Made by a program: the position numbers and the translations under genes. A DNA stretch of 63,727 nt, filler included, from Choristocarpus tenellus KU-1152 (lineage: Eukaryota; Protista; Phaeophyceae): NCBI GenBank assembly GCA_964200185.2. It is 14 parts of 14 records of this genome, joined end to end, with 100 filler letters (N's around TTAATTAATTAA, not from the genome) between each part and the next. Parts side by side here need not be neighbours in the genome. Positions count along the whole stretch, not along the records: positions 18,542 to 23,139 come from CAXNAD020013848.1; positions 23,240 to 28,978 come from CAXNAD020009875.1; positions 29,079 to 33,391 come from CAXNAD020015159.1; positions 33,492 to 36,142 come from CAXNAD020025951.1; 10 more parts are not named here. The stretch is one strand, 5' to 3'. Shown here one piece after another: positions 22,901 to 36,041 of this stretch; the first letter of the stretch is position 1; each line of letters begins with the position of its first letter. The notes beneath the pieces were generated by a model that worked only from the letters and a program-made list of their open reading frames with translations, was not told where the DNA came from and did no database searches.

Positions 22901-23239
22901 CGTCATCCACTCCGTTGTTAGTTGGAATCGTGCTTGTTTCGTAACGACTTTTTTATTTTAAGTAATTTTTGCTGTATCGTTTCTTTAAGTGAAGCGACGC
23001 ACACCTTTCTATTTTGTAACACTCAACTTGAAGGCATTTCATCCATTACCCCCGTGACATTATGAATCAGGATACATAGTGAAACTGTGGAGCGACAATC
23101 CCCCCCCATCTTTTTTGAAGGTGGATGTTAGCACTAATCNNNNNNNNNNNNNNNNNNNNNNNNNNNNNNNNNNNNNNNNNNNNTTAATTAATTAANNNNN
23201 NNNNNNNNNNNNNNNNNNNNNNNNNNNNNNNNNNNNNNN

Positions 23240-24132
23240 CCCTTGCATAGTTGGTGCAGGTGTTTTACCATTGGAGTGTGCTGTCGTACCTGTCCCCCTG
23301 CCCTGGGGCAGGTGCGGGCATGCCTGGTATGCCTGGTATCGACATTTTGGCCTCCTGCACCCTGCCACTGGGCATCTGTTTGATAGGGCCTCCTCCCTCC
23401 CTAGGGATCTGCTGACCGTGAGCTTGAATTCTAGAGGGGGGATCTGGCATGCTGGTGCCAGAGGTTGAGTTGAGGCCCACACGTTTGCTCCTTGTCCACA
23501 CTGGCTCCGGTGGTGCGCTAGGGCTAATGAGGAGCTTTCCCTCCCTTGGTGTGCCTCAGTTGGAAGGCCGGCGAGTTGTGTCCTGAAGGAGTCAAAACGG
23601 ATCTTGCTGAGGAGGCGTATGATCTCGTGTTGAGCCCTCCTTGTGATCCCGGCGTCATAGGCAGCTAGGATATGTACCTCTGGGGCAGGTGCAAGGGGTG
23701 TTGTTCCCCCCCAGGTTACCCAGTCTTGGCCAATGATTTCGGCAAGGTCTTCTAAGAGGACACCTATAAAAAGGAGGGTGTCAATGGACAATCCTAAGGC
23801 CTGTATCGTAGGGCTCGTACAGATAGTTTGTGCAAAGGACTCACCATGAGGCCCTTGCTGCCTTGCTAGGAGGGTGGGGAGAGTAGCCACCAGTCATCCT
23901 ACGAAAGCCACATGTTGGCGGTGTTTCATAGAGGAAAGGCCCAGACCCCCCGTACTTATAGGCATCTGTGCCTGTACTTGTTGGTGGATCTCTAGGTGGA
24001 GAGACCCATTGTTGCACCCTCCCTCAAATCCATCGCCTCTGTCGAGTCGACTATCTCCATTATCCTCTCTAGTGTCCGTAAGGAGGTGTTATCTGCTTGC
24101 TCCATGGTGGAGCGTGCCAGGAGGGGGGAGTG
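23240..24132 (-). mobile_element. Non-LTR retrotransposon fragment, CRE-like (post-RT region and Cys/His motif)
   Basis: QVQAQMPISTGGLGLSS...VAFVG*LVATLP (the QAQLPxxxGGLG motif), then AHHRSQCGQGANVW...P...EFKLTVSRSLG...CPVAGC, typical of CRE/RLE-type LINEs. Truncated by the copia LTR. Confidence 0.75.
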
Positions 24133-24411
24133 TGTCGAATAACCTAGTGTTATCCTTACGTTATCTATGCTGATCCAAGTAAACAACATAGCTTATATGT
24201 ACATTGATCTTCAGTTTAGTACAATACAAGGTAGTAACGTACACAGCGGTATGTTATGGTAAGATAGTGGGACATTACAAATGGTATAGTGGGACAATAG
24301 CATCAAGTGGACAGTACCTTGCGGATAATTAATATTTCAGTGTGTGCTTTACCATGTAATTCAACTGCTAGCTTCCGGCGACAAGCCTTACGTGCCCCAA
24401 GCTTCTCAACA
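24133..24411 (+). repeat. Putative 5' LTR of the copia element
   Basis: Starts TGTCGAA where LINE homology ends and ends CTCAACA, giving TG...CA imperfect inverted termini 76 nt before the gag ATG. The 3' LTR is not in this contig. Confidence 0.6.
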
Positions 24412-24487
24412 CGCTTAAGCACCTAATACAAACTCTAGCCAGGGGAGGCACAGCCGGACTGGTCTTGAATTTGGTTTTGCATCACTC

Positions 24488-27400
24488 ATGGCTACTGATG
24501 GTTTTCACGCCAAAGTCCTTCAACTTTCGGACAACAACTATGCTGATTGGTTTGCCACAACCCGGGCATTTGGGGGGGCAAAGGGGGACATTGACGAAGC
24601 ATTAGAGTACAGGGAGGAACCCATCAGGGTGGGTGATATTGATTTCATCAAGCCGGAAGATGTGGATGAAGATGAGATCATCAAGGCCAAGAAGGCTTAT
24701 GTCGTCCTGCTGAGGAGCACCAGTGGGATTTACCGGTGTATAGTCCACAATGCTGCCTCACCTTCAGGAGCCTGGAAACAACTACGTGAACGCTTCCTTA
24801 TTCAGTCAGATGAGGAAATAGCCAGACTTCAAAGGAAAGTAATGACGGTCAAGATGCCAAGGGGATCAGACCCCCAAATCACCTTCACAATGATGCTGGA
24901 CTGGGTTGGCCAGATGGCGATGATGGGGCATGTGATGTCCGAGCAGGTCCTAGAAATCACTATTTTAGACTGTTTGGATGATGACTATCAGATCACCAAA
25001 CGCTATCTTCAGCATCATAACAAGAGTGAGTGCTCAAGGACTACCATACAACAAGCTGCTCGCTCGCGCTATATCTCACTTTAACGAGAAATAGGAGATC
25101 GCGGAGAGCCTGGGAGTGCTCTGGCCGCGAGGACCGTGAAATAGGCTGGCCGAGGTGGTAGCCGTGATACGACTGGTCACCGTATTGACCCTGGGACGAC
25201 AGGATCCCGTTCCAGGGGGCTTACCAAGGCCCGAGAGACTTGTGATATGTGTGGATTGGTGAAGCATTTCGGTTCCTATACATTCAGTGGATCCTGTTAC
25301 AGCCGCGGGAAGATTGGCCACCAGCAAGCTGTTTGCCCTCAGAGGAGGGCAAGCCTTCAGAGGAGGGCAGGACAACCAAAGTCGGTGGTAAGTTCATATC
25401 GCCAGAGGGCGAACCCGTTAGAGTCGACGGGAATATTAGCTGGATCAGAGGAACCGGCTAAAACTGGAAGGAAGTTCAAGACCATGTTAGCCACTGTGGC
25501 TGATAATGGCAAGATGAGATTGAATGCTTTCGAAACGTGGAGTTTTGATTCGGGTGCTTCCAACAGTGTAACAAAAGACTCAAAGTATATGTATGACTTC
25601 GCCCCATGTCCACAAGGCCATAACATGACCGTGGCTGACGGAACATCACTACCCATTATGGGGTATGGCAAGATTGATTTAAATTTCAATGTTGGCCGTG
25701 ATGAGTGGGTGCATGTAATTCTGACGTCTGTTGCATATGTCCCGAAAGTAGCTTTCAATCTTCTCTCTTCACATTCTGCTGGTAGGGCTAAGGAAGTGAG
25801 TATCAAATTGATTGGTGATGAGTATCATATCTGTGATGGGGAGGGTTTTCCGCTCTTTTTCAAGTGGAATGGATCCATGTACGCAGCTAACACCGAAAGG
25901 TTACCACCCCCAGATGAAACACCTTTGGCCGCAACTGTATCTACAACACCCATGCACATCACTGTTTTCCATCACATCGTCAACCACACTGGTGAGAAAA
26001 TTCTTCGACACACTGCTAAGAAACAAGGAATCACACTGACAGGAAACTTAGCGTCAACAAAGTGCATAGGGTGCGCAAAAGGGATTAATATAAAAGACTC
26101 TGTCCCAAAATCCATCACAGCACGAGCTAGGGGGCCCTTCACTCGCATCTTTATTGACCTCACAGGACCGAAGAAAGTTAAATCACGCGGTGGGGCTGAG
26201 TACGCCCTGGCAATTGTCGATGATGCAACTCGCTTCACCTGGATACGACTACTCCCGAAGAAGAGCTATGCTACAAAAACTCTTAGGCGATGGTTTATGA
26301 CAGAAGTACTTCCAAGTGGACGACACATTAAATATATTCGACATGATCCAGGGGGTGAGTGGCAGGGGGAGGAAATCCAGGAATTGGTTATGGAAATGGG
26401 TGCGGTACAGGAAATGACCAGGACAAGGGAAGCCCAATATAATGGTGTGGTCAAACGTCGCATCGCCCAAGTGGATAGTGGTGCCAGGGTCAGCATTTAT
26501 TCTGCAGGATTGGAGGACAAAATGTGGTTATGGGGAGAGGCATACAACCATTCAGCTTTCATCCTCAACAGAAGTGCAACTGTTGCCAATAAGGGGACTT
26601 CCCCTTATAGAGCTTTGCATGGGGAAATTGGATCCCTAGTGAACGTCCCAGCATTTGGTACCCCTGGATACTACAAGTCTAGTCTTGGACATAAGCTTGG
26701 GAGACGTGGACAACAGTGTATCATGGTTGGTATATCTGACGATCAACCCTGTGGGACTTTCCGCGTCCTAGACTTCACTACAAATTGTATCATTCAACGA
26801 GCTTACATACATTGGCACCCAACCAAGGATGGCAGAGTCCGTTTTCCAATTTCTGATTTAGACCGAGATCATGATGATTTGGATGACACTCCTGGATATA
26901 TCCTTCCTCCCCATGCACGCAGAAGGACTACTGAAGATTTGGATGACACTCCAGGATACATCATCCCTCCATATGCAAGAAGACGGAATGGAGAAATCCA
27001 GGAGATGGGGGGTGAATGTAATGATGATGGAATCACCTGGATTGAAGGCGTACTAAGTGATGACACCTGGGATAGTGATGTACTTGTAGAGGAGAATGAG
27101 GACAACATTGATGATGACAACGAGGCGGAGGAGAATGAAGACAACAATGATGGTGATGATGATGGGATGGATGAAGCCAAGGACAGCCGATGTGAAAGAG
27201 AACTACGACGACTCAGCATTGAAAATGGTGAAGATAACATCCTACCCCATCGCACCAGATCAGGCAATACTTCCGCCAAAGCTGCTGTTTTTGACATTTC
27301 CTATTTTTTATGACTTGTTTGTCTGTTTCCATAGAGACTACCCTTGTGATGTGTGCGAGTGATGATTCTATTCGAGTGTGAGCAGGTGAGCTCCCTCCAG

Positions 27401-28937
27401 AACCCAAGACTGTAAGAGCAGCATGTAGCTCTCCCGAATGTGATTTATGGGATCGAGCTAGAGCAGAAGAGATGTCTGGTTTGTTGCTGAATAATGTTTG
27501 GGTGGAGGCCGTATTACCCCCTGGACGCAGGGCTATAGACACTAAATGGATTCACAAACGTAAGACCAACAAATTTGGTGAGGTAGTTAGATACAAGGCA
27601 CGTTTGGTAGCAAAAGTTTTTCGACAGATTGAGGGTTTAGATCATCAAGATACATTTGCACCAACACCGTCCCCTGCATCTTTGAGAATGGTTTTAGCTT
27701 TAGCTGCAGACAAGGTTGGGAATTCAAACATTGGGATGTGAAACGGGCATTTATTCAAGCAGATATTAGTGAAGAGATTTTTGTTCGTTTATGTGATGGA
27801 TGTGGTGTATGGTCTGGAAAGATTGTGCGTTTGTTCAAGGCACTTTATGGCACCAAACAGGCAAGCAGAGAGTTTAATAATCTGTTGGTGCACGTTTCGG
27901 AAAAGTGTGGTTTTGAGCAATGCAAAGTAGACCCTTGTGTGTTACGCTATGTAAGAGATGGTGTTGTTTGTGCTGTGATAGCCCCCCACGTAGATGATCT
28001 ATTGGTAGCTGGTAGAATGGATGTTTTGATTTGGGTTCGCTCTAGGATCAAAGAGCAGTTTTCCATTGAAGACTTTAGTGATATTGAGTATTATATGGGC
28101 TATGAAATTTCACGTGACAGAACTGCACAGACTGTCGAGTGAAAGTATCTTAGAGGGTACGAGTTTGGCCCTGTTTGTCCATTTGGGGCTTGGCTTCCCT
28201 CAGGATTTTTGTGACATTTTCGTATTCCAAAATATTTCGGAGTAGGTATAATGTGTATGTTACGAAACGGTGTGTTTGGAACAAGGATATTGACACTTCC
28301 TAACAAACACGATAGCCAAATTTATATTGAAATCGCAACACTGTATTTTGGCCCCCAAATGGACGTGGTTCTACCCTCTAAGATACTTTGGCTCTGCCAC
28401 CATCAGTCAGACTAGGTACAGTAAGTGTGTTTGTCAAAGATTTGGTATGGATGGGGCAAAGAAGAGGTCGGTACCCCATGATCTCTCAAGGACTCTAGAC
28501 AAGAGTGAGAATCTTCCAAGTGTTGATAAAATAACACCGTACAGAGAGGCAGTTGGTAGTTTGATATGGGCATCTGTTATGACCAGGCTTGATATTGCAA
28601 ATGCAGTTCGTGAAGTTGCCAAGTACAGTAGTAATCCCAAAGTCACACATTGGCGTGCAGTGAAATGCATTTTAGCATATTTGAATACATGTCCCAGTGT
28701 TGGATTGAGTTTTGGTGGTTTTGATACTGAGTGTGAGTTGAGTGCGTATGCTGATGCTAGTTATGCTGGAGACTGGAAAGATCGTAGATAAGTGACTGGA
28801 GGAGCAATTATGTTTGCAGGAAGAGCAATATCTTGGATGTCAAAGGTACAAAGAGTTGTAGCTCTGTCTTCCACAGAGAGTGAATACATAGCTCTTAGTA
28901 GTGTGGCACAGGAATTACTTTTCTTGAGAAGTGTTCT
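24488..28937 (+). mobile_element. Ty1/copia retrotransposon gag-pol (gag, PR, IN, RT, RNase H), inactivated
   Basis: gag 24488-25084. PR WSFDSGASNSV. IN IFIDLTGP...IVDDATRF...IRHDPGGEW. RT YKARLVAK...KALYGTKQASREF...HVDDLLV...YREAVGSLIW. RNase H YADASYAGD...VALSSTESEYIA. Contains stops, frameshifts and two MITE insertions. Confidence 0.96.
28137..28394. mobile_element. MITE family B inserted in the copia RT
   Basis: Ends GAGTGAAAGTATCTTAGAGGGTA and TACCCTCTAAGATACTTTGGCTC. Flanks TGTC/TGCC. Removal restores RDRTAQTVTISQTRY. Confidence 0.93.
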
Positions 28938-28978
28938 GGCTCAAAGTATCTGGGAGGGGGTGGCGGCTGTCCATTTGG
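28938..28978. mobile_element. MITE family A left end inserted in the copia RNase H, at contig end
   Basis: GGCTCAAAGTATCTGGGAGGGGGTGGCGGCTGTCCATTTGG. Confidence 0.85.
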
Positions 28979-31900
28979 NNNNNNNNNNNNNNNNNNNNNN
29001 NNNNNNNNNNNNNNNNNNNNNNTTAATTAATTAANNNNNNNNNNNNNNNNNNNNNNNNNNNNNNNNNNNNNNNNNNNNGTTTTCGCAAAACAACCATCCT
29101 CGTAGTCCCGCTCCATCCCCAATTTTGAAAATCCTCTGTTCACAGTAGTATTAACATTATTTTTTTATTGTTGTATTTTACGAAGTATTGTTCTTGGTAT
29201 TTTGTGTTGTGTGTCATTTTGTAAAAGAATGATTAATAATTGTCTAAAATATTTCGTTTAGGTAGGTGAAACAATTTTCTCCTATTATAACACCAAAAAA
29301 ACAATTCTATGACAAATTTGATATTTTTTTTGTACAAACAAATTTGATTAAACCGATTTGATACCAAAAAAGGAAACTCATTCAAATATCACAAAATAAG
29401 AATATTTTCATCTGTTTGGTGAGAATAGAAAGGAACAAAGAGACCATAAGATAAAAAAAAGGTTATGACATCAAAGCAAGATAGCAATCAAGGACCTCGT
29501 TCAAGGCAGGAGAGACAGATCCTTGATCCACATTGACGTAAGGGAGAGGAGAATTTTGACATCGATAGGAAGATACCGGCGAGAACAAGGGAGTCCTATA
29601 TTGGACAAAAGGATGGTGTTGAGGATCCCAAAATAGGGTGGATATGGAAAGGAAAAATGAAACACAAGAGAATTAACATGGATGAGTTACGAGAGGGCCA
29701 CAAAGTTATTCCACTAAAAATATTCGCGAGCCAGAACTTCTTCGCGTTGCAGCTGGGTATCCTCCATTCAAACACTACATGATTATAATATGGAGAAACT
29801 ATGGTATAGGTTGTGCTCAACATATCTTAAGCCGTTCCTTACTGATGAGGGCAAATAAGAAATGCTCAGCTGGGTAGGTAACGCACTGGGTCACTCTGGG
29901 AATGGGGGGCTCAAAGAGATTTCATGTTTCGAGCTTCTTGCTTACTTGATTTTCAAAAAGGGGTACGAAGTACACTATACTAGTAGGTAGGTACTTCCTA
30001 TCCTCAATTGGGACCCCGCCAGAACGATCGGGTGACCCTCCCTTCAATGTCCGAGTTTGAACCATTTTTCGAACATAACAAGTTTTGCTCATCAGAGGTA
30101 GTGCGTAGTAAGAACATCATGAGTGAAGTTCACTACATAGCAAGATTTGAGATCGTATGCAATATTGAGTTAAAATACAACGAGAATCAACATTTTGACC
30201 ATCATCAGTCAAACGAGATGCGCCTCTCTGTATTACAATGCAGTTTGAAGGACTAATAGGATCCACTTGCCCTGCAACATTTCCTGCCTCTTAAATTTAT
30301 TGATGTATCACCATATAGTTGCTCGGAATGACCAATATCCTCATGCTCATGTACGTTGCAGAAGTGAGAGGCTATAAAAATTGAGCGTGCGTGTTTGTAG
30401 TAATCCCTGTGGCCTTGGTGTGCAAGGGGGGACAGGAGAGGATCAATTTCAGTGGGACAGGAATTAGTTTTGGGGTACGTACCACTCCTTGTTGATATGT
30501 ATGCATGGATCATCTTGTAACGGGTGATGTGGAGGCCCTGCTACTATTTTCTGCTCTCAGTGACTCTCTATGCACAGCACGTGGCGGCGATGCAGCTTAG
30601 GCATCCCGTGTGGAAAACGCTCTGTTGACACACAAAAAATGCACATTTAGTCACTGAAAACTATTTACGGCACACTCAGGACAATTGTAACGAACGCTAG
30701 CGTTACCCTGGAAAGTTGAGCAATATTCGGCTATGTTGTTCGTTATGCAGGACAATGTCAGGATCGATTTGTTCTTTTCTGTCCGTTAGCAAGACAACAT
30801 TCTGAGGCCACTTGCTTGATAACGCTTATTGTCCATACAGTGAGGCATCTTTCTCCAGTTGTCCAGTTGCTCTCCAATTTCCTTAGTCTTTTGGGTTCTG
30901 TATTTCTATGGGAAGAAAAAATAAAAGAATAGCACAAAGTAGCTCATCTATTTCCTCGTTTTCGTTTCGTTCCATCCTCATGTCGTATGCTTCACTCCAT
31001 TGCAAATTGTACGTGGGTCTGCTGTCCAGCAAACAATTGGGAGCCATTTGTTGTTCGCTTTTACGTGCAACCGTCATCGTCCAGGACAAGATTTGGTGTC
31101 TGTAGTGAATAACGCCGAAACGATGAGTTGTGATACGCAAGAATTAAGTTTTCCTAGTTGTGTTTCTAACTTACTTTTACTAATTTTATCCTTAAAAAAA
31201 TTCTAGTGAAGGAGCCAATGTTGTGTTAGTTCTGTGAACAAGGGCAGGTCCATCAGTCATGAAGGAATACTATTACAGAGAACACACGATGCGCGAAACG
31301 GCAACCCGACGCATAAGACTGGAGATCAGGAACCATAAAAGCTGGTCGGAGCTGGAAACTTATACCTGATGACACCACTACTTCAACAGCATATTTTTTT
31401 AACTTGGGCGCAATCAGCTACATATAGGAACCACCAAACAGCATTGGAAATACACAGTTGGCATGAACACATATGCGATTCCTAGAACTGGTACTCATGA
31501 TATGAATACAAGAGACGAAGGTGGCGAACTGATGTACACAACAGGGAGAGGACATCCTCTATCAGACCTTACATACAGGCAGCAGTGGTGAGCTAGAGTT
31601 GGTTATATACGGTTGGTGTTGGATCTGTAAAAAATAAGTAATAAAATGACTGAGCGAGTAGATAACTCCACCTATTTTGATACTATCCACTCCATCAGAA
31701 GCAATAGAGTGAGCCAAAGAAAATGAGAGGTAGCCAGGTTTTGACCGATTTGTATTTGAAGTGTGTTTTTCAATCTCTTTCCATTCCATCATATTTCTAT
31801 GGATGTTCTAAGTTTGACTAGAGAGCACTTATTTATCTGTTAATCAAAACTTTCCCCACACAATCCAGAAAATATCCTGTACACATTTGTAAAAAAACAA

Positions 31901-33657
31901 AGAATTTTGAACACATTTATGGGCATCCTCAAAATGCAACTCTGGGTACCACTCGTTTGCTTTGACCAACTTCGCACCTAATCTATTACTACTAATTTAC
32001 TTTCTAATTTAAAAGAGAGTCGTAAGCAACAGCATGCACACGAGGACGAACAAGAACTGGTGGTCGTAATGTACAGATGATGCATAGAGGGACACATGGA
32101 CCGGAATAGGTTTACATGAATGGTGCCTATTACTATGTACTTTGGGGTATACAGAGAGCTCCACGTAATAAATGACATCTAGAGTCACTGTGCTGAATTA
32201 TCACTATCACTACTATACTAAATGTTTTTGAATGTGTGTATGATGTACAGTCTGTAGCTTGGTAACCCGTTTTGTTCCACCAAGACAGCCTAATCGTTAT
32301 CATTGAGAAAATACTGTGCGGTTTGCCAGACAGAGTGCCGACAAATTCTGTCAACTTCTGAAGTGTATTTATTTCATGGTTCTAGGGTCACAACATACCA
32401 AGGTCAATTTCGCAACAACAGCAATACAACAGAACTCTACGCAGGGCAGTTTAGGAGCAAGGTTCTCAACTAACCGTGCACACACATTACCTTAATACAT
32501 AGTAAGATGCTAAAGCAATAACAAATAAGCTTATCTTAGAAGGCGGGATGTCGTTTTAGATCATTTGAGGCCCCTATGTCTTTGCCTTCTGGTTGATGTG
32601 TTTCTAGAACTCTGCAGGATCATTTTCGGTTTCGTTGGACGAATACCTCTCTCCTCTTTTACAGCCATTTCACGTCTCTGAGGAGGGTTAGGTGAATTAG
32701 AGTAATCAGAAACAGGGTGTCAGAAGGCTTCAAGGACCTTGAGTACTCAAAAAGGCCTCTATTTCTACGTAGAACCCCCCTCCAAAATAGTAATGCAAAC
32801 AGCAGAAAGGGAACCCTCAACAATAATACTTCCCGTTGTCATGAGACCCCTCCTCTTCACTTCTTCCGCTACCTTTTGTGGTGTTTTCACTAAATGGCAT
32901 GTAAAAAATCAAACAATGCACACACACACCACATGCTGAACAAGGAGGAGTCTGTTCCTCCTTATGCAAAATAGGGCAGAGATCATGATGTACAGCAACA
33001 GGGTGTAGCACCAATACACCAGATTCAAGTCACAGGACACTGATTGGTCAAGAGACTTCACGACAACAGTGGTAGTAGCCTTTAGCACAGTCCAAATATG
33101 CTATGAGCAATAATACCATCACTACAAATTACCAATAGCAGAGCTCTAGGAGAGACCTATTTGGAGAGAAAAAATTGGGCAACTGACTGCTGCATCAACA
33201 ATTGATTTTGAAATTCACGATATTAACAACAATGTGCACACACGTAACGTAGCTTGCAGCACATCAAAACCACCACTTCAGTTCGGTAGGTGCAGAGGTA
33301 GTACAGCAGTCGAGACAACCAAATGAAGACATTGTTTGATTAGACTCTTCCAACTCTATCGGACAGTTACGGTAAAATATGTATGGAGTAANNNNNNNNN
33401 NNNNNNNNNNNNNNNNNNNNNNNNNNNNNNNNNNNTTAATTAATTAANNNNNNNNNNNNNNNNNNNNNNNNNNNNNNNNNNNNNNNNNNNNCGTTATAAT
33501 TGTCTCTGCTGCCTCCCTGACCGGTCTCACTCTCCCTCTCTGCCCCCCCCCCCCACCCTCTTCCCACACCTGTCTCACACCGTGCCTGCTCTGTATCAAC
33601 ATAAACCCTTCTCCACTGTTTTGTGGCGCCCCCTCCCCTGGCCTGTTTTTGTTGAAG

Positions 33658-33940
33658 GGGTGGGCGGTTCGATTCCGACGGTGTTCACGCTGGGGGCAGA
33701 GCTATTCCCAGCACATATACGGGGTGCTCTGTTGTCAGTAATTGCTAGGTTGGTGGCACTTTTGGTGGCAGTTGGCTCTGGTGGATTTTTTCAGTTGGTA
33801 GGCTAGACTTGGTAGGTTGAATTGCGTGCACCCCCTTGGATGGGGTGTTTTTCGTGTAAGGGAGGAAAAGGTTTTGTTCATCTGAAGTGTATCTCTCTCT
33901 CTCTCTCTCTCTCTAAATTGAGGGGGAAGGGAATGTCCCT

Positions 33941-33971
<31 letters not shown>

Positions 33972-34201
33972 ATGTAAGATTTTTATAAATGTGAAGAACT
34001 TTGTTGCACCAGAGTTCTGCGAATCAATAGCTATCACTTTGGAGTCGACAGAGTCTGAATCAGTGTGCATTGAATTGAATCGTTTTCCTATGGGCTGCCA
34101 CTCTGAATGGAAAGTGTATAATATTGCACAGGCATATTTTGAAAACAACTGAACGTTGCAAGTTTATACTTCCAAAGGCGCCTCCACAACCCCCAAGCAA
34201 T

Positions 34202-34252
<51 letters not shown>

Positions 34253-35138
34253 ACCCCCGGGCTGGGGTGGGGGGCCCCCCCCCCCCCACTGCCGGGCGCG
34301 CTGGGGTGGCCTGCCCCCCCGTCTCCCGGGAAGNNNNNNNNNNATTGCACCAGCCAATTTTACAAACAACTGAACGTTTCCATTTTATCCCCCCAAAGGC
34401 CCCCCCCCCCCCCCCCACCACCCCCCCCCCCCCCCCCCCCCCTCCTCCCTGCCAAACAATCTCCAAAAGCTTCTGGATGGTGGGGTCTGTCTACGCAGCA
34501 TCATTGGCATGGATACTGCTAGGGGATTCCTCCACTGGTCAACGTGTAACAGCTTGGGGAACATGGAGGCACTATGCCCTGGGAGCTGCCTTCCCAGCAG
34601 CATTGGCACTGGCTCTCACTCTGATTAATGTGCCCGAGTCGCCTCGCTTTTTAAACCAAATTGGTATGTTGTAGGTTAATCAGATCACTTTTTATGCCCT
34701 CGCCCTTTCATTAGGAGTCATGGAATGGGTATCATGGGAACTGGGAGGGTCGAGGAGAACTTTTTATAGTCTGGGGAGGAGGGGGAACTCGAGCTTGTGT
34801 AATGTAGTGTAATGTTGCAGTGGTTATCGGGGCTGGTTGTTCTTCCTGGTTGTTGAGCGAGGTTGCTCCTTAATGTCATTGACCTGTGGGTGGGGGGTGT
34901 ATTGGTACCCCTGTGTGAGTGAAGTGTTGCGTGTTGACTTAGGTCCAATGATTGATGTGGTTACAAATGCGGGGGGGGGGGGGGGGGGGGGGGGGGGGAG
35001 GGGGGGGAAAAAGGGAGAAACACACAGGTGGTTACGAGGGAATTTTTCCGACTGTTAAAAGAGNNNNNNNNNNGTGTAGGGGTGGGTGGTGGGGTTTTGG
35101 TGGGGGTGGGTTGTTGTTGTTTCTGTTGTGGGGTGGGT

Positions 35139-35183
<45 letters not shown>

Positions 35184-36041
35184 GGTGCTGTACGTGGGCA
35201 ACAGATGGTAGACCCACAAGTGTTTCACGCAGTATTTTGCGCACTGATTGAAGAGTTGATCTCCCGAACACACTATTTTGTTTTTTAGTTCAAAGCACAT
35301 TTGAAAATCAACACCAGAAAAAGAGGCAAGCAGACCTCGTTATCTTACCCCGCCGTTGTTTGTACACCAAACGTGAACATCAAAAGGAATGTCGTGCTTG
35401 ACAATATCTACCATATCTTCCCCTTGTCCCCACCCCCCACCCCCCACCCCCTCTGTCCCCTGTCTGTCTTGGCAACAAACAAATGATAAATAGGGCGCCG
35501 CCATGAGGCCATCTCAGTCCTTCGGCATCAAATGGGTGTCCCATTTTCAGCTGAGAATATTCTCCTCCCTCCCATTGCTCGCATCCAAGATGTCAATAAC
35601 GATCTCAGCTCGGCTCTTTCTTACAGCGGGTTCTGTACCCCTGATAGCCAGGACACGACAATCAATACACAAGACGACCAGCTTAGGCAGGGGCAGGGCT
35701 GGGGCCCTTCAGGAGGCCCAGGGGCAGCAGCAGGTGGTAGTCACAGAACGACTGTGACGATGATGGAGACCCTGAATGAACTATTTTCTTCCGAGAGTGG
35801 GAAGGGGTGTTGTGGCAAGGAAGACAGAAATTATTTTGGGGAGAGGAGGATGCCTATGAGACGAGTGACAATGTCGCTGATGTTGGCCTGGTTCACCCTC
35901 AGCTATGGTTCGTATGGGGTTGCGACTTGGAACAATGTCCTGTTTGAGGATGTGGGTCTGTCCAATCCGTACCTGTGTTCATTCATTTATGCCCTTGCCA
36001 ACCTGCCTGGGAATATTGGATCTATACTGCTGGTGGAAAAG
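33658..36041 (+). CDS. MFS transporter, SV2/SVOP-like, partial. Exons 33658-33748, 34470-34663, 35494-36041
   Basis: GVGGSIPTVFTLGAELFPAHIRG...SFWMVGSVYAASLAW...WR...VPESPRFL..G RRHEAISVL...LAWFTLSYGSYG...LANLPGNIGSILLVEK. Exon phases are consistent. Confidence 0.92.

Noticed and set aside
23913-24132. TGTTGG at 23913 as the copia LTR start
   Set aside because: LINE protein motifs (QAQMPISTGGLGL) continue through this position on the minus strand.
34124-35300. Poly-Pro/poly-Gly ORFs (formin- or extensin-like) and long C/G runs as G-quadruplex elements
   Set aside because: They lie in MFS gene introns next to small N gaps with duplicated flanks, so homopolymer lengths are probably sequencing or assembly artefacts.
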